A DNA stretch of 64,000 bases from the human T2T-CHM13v2.0 reference genome, Homo sapiens. The notes below the pieces were generated by a model. That model saw only the letters and a list, made by a program, of their open reading frames with translations, was not told where the DNA came from and did no database searches. The stretch lies in assembly GCF_009914755.1 (NCBI RefSeq), contig NC_060927.1; one strand, written 5' to 3'. The first letter of the stretch is position 1. Each line of letters opens with the position of its first letter. Positions 56,071 through 64,000 of the stretch are shown one piece after another. Both the position numbers and the translations under genes were made by a program.

Positions 56071-56604
56071 TTATTCCATCTCCACAGATCTATGAATGAA
56101 TGATCCTTGGGGAGAAAATTGAGGTCAAAGATATATTTTATGGGAGGAACTTCTCCTTTCATTTTGAAACTTAGATATTTCTATCATATTCCTGAATGTT
56201 ATTAACAATTCTCTAGATCTTTTACCTCCCATCCACTCACCTATGAAATTCTACAAGCAATACTAGAAGTGAGGAAATGTGACCGTACATCCCAACCTAT
56301 TTGGGTAGCCCGCCTTGCACTTACCTCAAGTTGAGCTTTGCCTCTTACTGCTTTTCTTATTGGGATTTTAAAATTGTATATTCAAATATAGCTGTATAGA
56401 TCTCTTATGGAGTAAAATCCATGATGCTCATGGCAACCCGATGTCCATCATGTAGTCATTCTCTGCAGGGCTAATTGTCTGTATTTTTAAAAAGTGAAGT
56501 CAAGAGAATTGTTTCATTTTATTCTAATTCATTTATGGACATGTCTTATCTCCATGACAGTCTCTGACACATACCTTGGAGTCATTAAAATATTCTCTGA
56601 AATT

Positions 56605-56891
<287 letters not shown>

Positions 56892-58404
56892 TCTCTGAAG
56901 TTTATCTGACACAACTAACTTTAACTTTTGGTAGTGCTTAAGACAAGAAGCAAATCAGAAGTTAAAAAACAAAAAGACTCCAACATATTTGCCTGCATTT
57001 CATCATGACTATTCTGAGAACTTTCAGTGGTTACCTAAGGAGAGGGACACATCCTAACTATACCAGGGCAGTGAATGCTATTGCTCACAATGTAAGATCC
57101 ATTAATTACACTCCCCATTCTACCTGTCCAATGATGGGAAAAGCTTTAAGCTGCTATGTAAGCAGCTTGATAAGAGACAGTTTCCTGTTAGTGAGGACTG
57201 TTAAACTTGGATTTGATTCAGAAAAATAAATTAAATCCATTTCTCTCGAGATCTCCGAAAATAAGAGTGGTCGATTTACTATTTTAAGTGCCTTGTGAAG
57301 AACTACAATATTTCCCCTACTTTTTTTCACCTACACCAACATTAACATTGGCTGATTTCCTTGACACATCTTTCTACATAACTTCCTAAAGCTGTTACTA
57401 TATTATAAATGTTGTCCTGAAAATTACAAGCAAATGTAACTAGAATACTTTGATAGAGCCTTTTTAAAATCTACTTATGTTTTAGTTGTTTGCCCACACT
57501 GCAATAAAAATTATAAGTTGTCTTTTCAGTCATTCACACTGATGAACAGGAACAGGAAACCAAAGTTTCTTTTAGAAATACCTCTATTACAATGTGTGTG
57601 GCAGGTTTATAAATAGAATTAACAGGCAGGTATTTTCAGATAGCTTTAGCACAGTGTTAGTCAATGTCAGGGAAATTTTTTTAAGTTTATGGGAGCTTTA
57701 AAAAACAAAACAGTAAAATTACTTTTGACACATTCTTTGTTACTTTGACTTTCACCACAGTCTATAGTCCTGAAAAAGACTGTTTATAAAGTAACGTACA
57801 TAACTTAATTTCCCCAGGGTAAAATAAGTGTCAGCCACAAGTATTTTTGTGATTAAGAAAGAGCCACTTAACTTAGGTTGGTGTTCCATATCAGTTAGAG
57901 ATTTCTTCTGTCAATTTCTAGCATTTCTACCACAAGTTTTTTTCTAAAAAAAAGAATTCTTAGAGGAAATAATAAAGATTTTTTTCCAGATATCTAAATT
58001 AGTATACATTTTTAAAAACATCATAATAACTCTATGAAATATAAAGTAGCAAAACAGCATATGAAAGTTCTCATCTTCAGCTTGGGACACAGCTAATGCT
58101 TAGTAAGTAGCAGATTGAGGCATATGAGGTTGCCAATATTTGACCACTTTGACTTATAAAAATGACAATTTCATGAGATTCAAGTTAATATTAGTATTCT
58201 TCCTTATTTGCATTGGTGTCAGAATCCCATTAGCCTAATTCATCTTACCAAAAGGGCCCTCAGATCTTGAGAAAATTATGGTTATTGGCCAAGATAAAAG
58301 TGTATCTGCATGGCTTCAGTAGCTACTGCAGCAAAGTGAACCTATACATTTCACCTCAAGAGAGTTTAGGGATGTTCTCAAACCTCATACCTGATCTTAT
58401 AAAG

Positions 58405-58746
58405 CAGAGGTCCCCAATCCCTGGGCCATGGACCAGTACTGGTCAGTGACCTGTTAGGAACCAGGCCATACAGTAGGAGGTGAATGGTGGGCAAGCGAGA
58501 ATTACCAACCCGAGCTCCACCTCCTGTCAGACCAGCAGCAGCATTAGATTCTCATAGGAGCCTAAACCCTATTGTCAACTGTGCATGTGAGGGATCTAGG
58601 TTGTGCACTCCTCATGAGAATCTAACTAATGCCTGATGATCTGAGGTGGAGCAGTTTCATCCCCAAACCATCCCCTCACCCCTGTCTATTGAAAAATTGT
58701 CTCCCACGAAACCTGTCCCTGGTGCCCAAAAGGTTGGGGGCCACTG
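58405..58746 (+). mobile_element. MER1B (hAT-Charlie), complete
   Basis: cagaggtccccaa...aaggttgggggccactg; perfect 8-bp TSD ttataaag. Confidence 0.92.
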
Positions 58747-59076
58747 TTATAAAGTACAGCAAGAAGTTAAAGCTAAAGGAGTAAAATAACAGTTGTGAGG
58801 CTGACATTGTAGTGGAGAGAGACACAGAATCCAAAAAAGCAAAAAAGGACAAAAACAAGCTACAAATATAATACAAATACCATTTAATATGGGTGGCTTT
58901 GATGTGTACGTATGACTAACAGCCCTATATCCTGCTGTCCTGTATTAAGATATCATTATATTATAATAACATGTTTCCAGTTCTGACTGTTCATTATCAA
59001 GATAAGTTTAAAACTGTCTTTGAATGCTCTAAAAGTCTGTGTGAATTTTAAGTGTGTGTTCTAGTAACTTCTCTGA

Positions 59077-59368
<292 letters not shown>

Positions 59369-59619
59369 TGAATGATTAGAGGATGAGTCAGGCTACAACT
59401 CTGTTTATTAGCAAAACAATTGGGGAGCAACTTTATATCTGAGTATTTTTAGACTTTCAGGGACACAGCCAACTTTTAAAATTTTATTACACGAAAACAT
59501 TTTAATAATAAAAAATTAGAAACTGTAATATGTTTTTAAATTCTGCATGAAAAACTGAATATCTCCTTGAACAATGTAGACCTAGTAGATGAAAAATACC
59601 ACAAAAGTGGGTTGCTTTT

Positions 59620-59715
59620 TTCATCCTGTTTTTTCTGTATCCCTAGCATCTAGCTCAGGGGCTGGCACATAGCTGGCAAGAATACATATTTGTTGAATGA
59701 ATGAATGGAGTGAAT
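59620..59715 (+). mobile_element. L2 3' end
   Basis: ctgtatccctagcatctag...ctggcacatag...atatttgttgaatgaatgaat. Confidence 0.8.
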
Positions 59716-59807
59716 GCAATTCTAAGTATTGCATTAATATGTAAGTCCTTAGCTCATTAAATATCCTTTTTGTACAAGAAATTGTTCAGTAAAAATACTC
59801 TTTTCTC

Positions 59808-59863
59808 CACTGCACTCCAGCCTGGGCGACAGAGTGAGACCCCGTCCCAAAAAAAAGCGAAAA
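59808..59863 (+). mobile_element. Extremely 5'-truncated Alu (about 40 nt plus tail)
   Basis: cactgcactccagcctgggcgacagagtgagac...; perfect 17-bp TSD aaaaatactcttttctc. Confidence 0.93.
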
Positions 59864-60554
59864 AAAAATACTCTTTTCTCACCTACAAAATGGGGGGAGG
59901 CCTTACCAGGTGTTTCCAGCATAAATATTCCACAGTCTTGTAAACAGGCAAGCCCACTGTCTAGGGAAGAGATCAAACAGTAGGGATTTCTTAAAGCATT
60001 AATGGGTAAGTTAAGACCATTAATGCCTGGCTTCGTTCCACAATGGCCTTGGGCCACATGCAACCTTGATTGATGATGACTTTTTACCCGTCTCTCTGAA
60101 ACTACTTGCTGAGTTTTGTCTTAGGGCTTGTGTGTCACTTGTTTAGCTCTCCTGACATTAATCCAAAGGAAGTCATTCATTGGCAAGTACAAATTCTCCC
60201 CAATTATGCCAAAGAGAATTATTCATTACATTTTATGGAAAGCCCAAATCTTATTTCCAGGAGGGCTGGGGACCTGCCAGCTCACTGGGTTTTGTTGGCA
60301 TTGATTGATTTTGCTTTCCCCAGGCTTTTAACCAAAAGCCTTTCGAATTCCAAATGGAGCCTCTTTATCATTTGAGATCTCCTGAAGACACGGAATTTGG
60401 TTTTAAATAAAAATATCTTAGCTAAGGACACATGTTTTGTGGGATTAATGCTACTAATTTTTCTCTGCTTTTGTTTTAAACACTTGAATTATGGGCTCTT
60501 TGGTCAAGAACCAATGTTAGGAAAAGTTGATCTGTTTAGCCTACTTCTAGCTGT

Positions 60555-60746
60555 GTCTGCACTGTTTAATGCAGTAGGCACTAGCCACATGTGACTATTT
60601 GATTAATCAAATTAAAAGTTAAGTTCCTTGATTTGACTAGTCAAATTGCAAGAACTCAATAGCCAAAAGTGGCTGCTGGCTGTCTCACTGGAGATGCACA
60701 CATATGTAGTATTTCTGTCAGCACAGAAAGTTGTGTTAGACAACAC
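60555..60746. mobile_element. MER3-like hAT element
   Basis: cactagccacatgtgactatt...ctcaatagcc...gtggct...cacagaaagtt...gacaacactg. Confidence 0.75.
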
Positions 60747-61206
60747 TGGCAAAGACTATCTCCTTGACTGAACTTGAGTCAGACTCCTCTGAACTGTCTT
60801 CAGGCCCTGACCTTGGACTCTGTCCTTGACCTACTTGGTCCAGTTTTAGTAAGAATCCTGCTGAGTCAGTATAGCGAGAATCCCCTAGTCTTGATATGTG
60901 ATAAAATTCCTCATCTTGCCCAACCTACCCCCATCATCCTCCATATCTTATCACTCTGGCCTGCCTTCACCAAGAATCCTGTCAGGTCAGTTTAAGTAGG
61001 GGCCCCCCTTATTCCTGATCTTTCCTCTTAGTAATTTTCCATCCACTGACATCCACTCTGCTCCTTGGCTATAAATTCCCACTTGTCCTGGTATTTGGAG
61101 TTAAACACGTTCTCTCTCTACTACTACAAAACCCCCACTGCAGTAGTCCTTCTTGAACAGTCCTCCTTATCATCTTTGACAATGTCATATTTTTTCTTTA
61201 TTGACA
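60747..61206 (+). mobile_element. MER31-like ERV1 solo LTR
   Basis: caaagactatctccttgac...aagaatcctg...ttagtaattttccatccactgac...ggctataaattccc...ttgaca. Confidence 0.75.
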
Positions 61207-61659
61207 TTATCTTAAGTTCTAAAAGGACACAAAATATTCAAGTATTTTAGCTTTTAATTTTAAAAATTTCTTATTACCTAAGATGGGAAGAGGATTGACC
61301 AGAGATTTATTTATTCAACATTTATTTATTGAGTCAATACAGTTTCACAAGAGGTTATTGTAGTTGTGAAATATTCTTGGAGGTTTACAGCCTCTATCTC
61401 CCACTACACAGGTGATGTTGTGGTCCAGGGAAGCACCTGGGGAAAGCCCAAAAGCTTTTTGGAAGTCTCAGACACTGCTAAAGAAAGGGAGTCTTCTCTT
61501 CTGAGTCACAGTTCATCTTCATTTCACCCACCCTTCTCTCAATGCTGAGGAATTCAAATTTAATATATTAAATATATAAGAAAGTACTTTAGAAATTCTA
61601 GGGACTGTTGGCACTACATATTCTCTTAGTTGTTTCCAAACGTTTCCAGGGCTAGATTG

Positions 61660-62038
61660 TGTTACAGTTTGAATGTGCCCTCCAAAAGTTTACGTGTTGG
61701 AAACTTGATTGCCACTGTAACAATGTTAAGAGGTAGGGCTTTGGAGGTGATTGGGCTATGAGGGCTCTGCCCTCAGGAATGGATTAATGCTGTTATCATG
61801 GGAGTGGGCTGGTTATGGTAGGAGTTTGGCCTCCTTTTCCTCTCCATACTGCCCTCTCTCATCTTCTCTTGCCTTTTTACCTTTCAGCCTTCCACAATGG
61901 GATGACCCTCATCTGATGCTGGTGCCATGCTCTTGGACTTCCCAGCATTCAGAATCATTTGCCAAATAAACTTCTTTTCTTTATAAATTACCCAGTCTGT
62001 GGTTATTCTATTATAGCAACAGAAAACAGACTAAGACA
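61660..62038 (+). mobile_element. MST (MSTD-like) MaLR solo LTR
   Basis: tgttacagtttgaatgtgccctccaaaa...ataaattacccagtctgtgg...aaaacagactaagaca. Confidence 0.85.
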
Positions 62039-62121
62039 ACTTGTTAGTCCCCAAATGAGCAGGTCATCAGGCCCAGCTGTACTCTTGCATGCATGTAAAA
62101 TAACCAAGAATTTTAGTCCTG

Positions 62122-62878
62122 TGTTACAGCCCAATGGGTTCTTCTTGCCTGCTGCACAGATAAAGCCAATACACTAAGACAACACTGTTGCAGCAGAGAA
62201 AGGATTTAATTATCGCAAAGCAGCTCAGCAGTAGAGTGGGAGATATTTCTCAAATTTGCCTTCCTGAGATCACAAAGGCTATGGTTTGTAAGGATAATTT
62301 GGTGGGCAGGGGGCTAGGAAATGGGTTTCTCTGATTGGTTGGGGATGAAATCATAGGAGATTCAAACTGTCTTTGGAAGCTGAGTCAGTGTCTGTGTGGG
62401 GATCACAGGACCAGTTGGGTCCGTTCGTTTGTGTGAATCACTGATCTGGGTGGCATCAGTTGGTCCACCTGAATTCAAAAGTCTGAAAAATATCTCAAAG
62501 ACAAGTCTTAGATTTTGATAATAGTGATGTGATTTATAGGAGCAATTAGGAAAGTTTCAAATCTTGTGACCTCTGGCTACATGATTCCTGAGCAGTAAGC
62601 AAGCTAGAGAACAATGGCTGATTATCAGTTAACTATGCTTATAGGCTGGCAGAATTCAGGCCCTTACCATAATTCCCGAACAAGAAAGGAGTTAGTCTGG
62701 GGAAGAGGCTATTGTCATCATTGCTTTAAAGTTAAGCCATAAGCTAAATTCCTCTCATAGTTAGCTTGGCCAATGCCAAGGAATGAGCAAGGACAGATAG
62801 TTTGGGGGGTTAGAAGCAAGATGACATCAGCTGTGTTAGATTCATCCTGCTACGATAATCTTTGCAAAGACAATTTCA
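62122..62878 (-). mobile_element. LTR8-family ERV1 solo LTR
   Basis: tgttacagcccaatgggttcttcttgcctgctgcacaga...ataatctttgcaaagacaatttca; near 4-bp TSD cctg/actg. Confidence 0.75.
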
Positions 62879-64000
62879 ACTGTAGCACAGCCAGGTCAGT
62901 GCTAGTTGCTATGTGATCAGTAATTCCAAGCTACAGAGTTCTACCAAATCATTTTGGGCTATCATTGATACCGTACAAATTCAAGCAATGATTAAGTGAT
63001 TAAGAAAAGCCTAATATTCCAGTACCTTCCTAGTCTAATTATTGGATTATTCTATGAAAACACATATTTTTAAAAGAAAAATTTCTAGCTTAAAAATTTT
63101 TTTAAACCGATTAAATGGTAATTATTTTTAAGAAGGTTATAATCTTGACTCTCATACAAATGCAAAACGAACACATATCAAAGTTTTTTTAGCTCAATAA
63201 TTAATGAGATAACCAGTAAGCTATGAGAACCAATTCAGGAAAGGATCCAAAAAGCAAATGAATATATAAGCCTTCAGAAATACCAAAATACATTTGCTTA
63301 ATAGATGCAAACTGGCCAATATCCACAGGGCAATAATCAATTGCATTCCACTATACATGTATATTGTGCATTATTATGGACTAGAATCATTTGCCTCATG
63401 ACCAGTTTTCTACAACATAGAGAGTTGTAAAATTGTTCAAAGAAAACTTCAAAACCCATAGAGTCAGATAACCTAGAAATGTATGTTTTCGATAATACCT
63501 AGTTTTCATTGAAGACATCCAGTAATCATCTTGGCCCATTCCCAAATCTTCCATAATTTTTTCTTCCGGTAAATTAACTCTTCATATATTACTCTGTCCA
63601 TGGTTATGCCCTTTTGATGTACCTGGCCATTTTCTCAAGTTCATGTTATTTGAGAGATACATGAGGAGCTCTCCCTTTTGTTTGATTCAATAGTACAGAA
63701 AAAAAGAGCACGTCTCCTATTACAAACTCCAAGTTAAGAGGTATGGGAAGGGTCACAGTGAGCTGGGTAACTAGAGGGAGAGGCAAAAGAAAGAGAAAAA
63801 GGAGAAAGGATTAAATCATTTATATCATAATTTCATGGATAGTATTATAGAATTAAACCTCTTTGTAGTCACTTATTTCACAGGTTCTGGCCCATTGGCT
63901 TTAAGAGGCATCTCAGTTTAGTAATGGTTTCTTGGAGGAGAAAGAAAATTTGAAAAGGAAAAAATATATACTTCTTTAAAAAATGGAGTATATTTATACC

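Overview
Human (or closely related hominoid) genomic DNA: AT-rich and repeat-dense, with one CpG island at about 18.25-19.86 kb. The island is the head-to-head promoter of PDCD10 (CCM3, minus strand) and SERPINI1 (neuroserpin, plus strand). The only protein-coding sequence I can support is the first PDCD10 coding exon (3958-4053, [32 protein letters not shown]). Several PDCD10 5'UTR exons and the non-coding SERPINI1 exon 1 (two donors) are also visible; everything after 20 kb is SERPINI1 intron 1 filled with Alu, L1, L2, MIR, LTR and DNA-transposon fossils. I found no new multi-gene system, CRISPR array or RNA gene. Best leads: (i) an in-frame 17-codon uORF whose TGA directly abuts the weak-context PDCD10 ATG; (ii) a uORF-bearing 73-nt PDCD10 cassette exon inside an inverted Alu pair; (iii) a direct-plus-inverted triplication forming a ~50-bp hairpin at 22.55-22.76 kb; (iv) a THE1 provirus with discordant LTRs, no TSD and an abutting headless Tigger1, suggesting an old rearrangement; (v) an AP-1/ARE cluster partly carried by LTRs. 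Repeat family names come from recalled consensus sequences, not a database search, and boundaries of old repeats are approximate.
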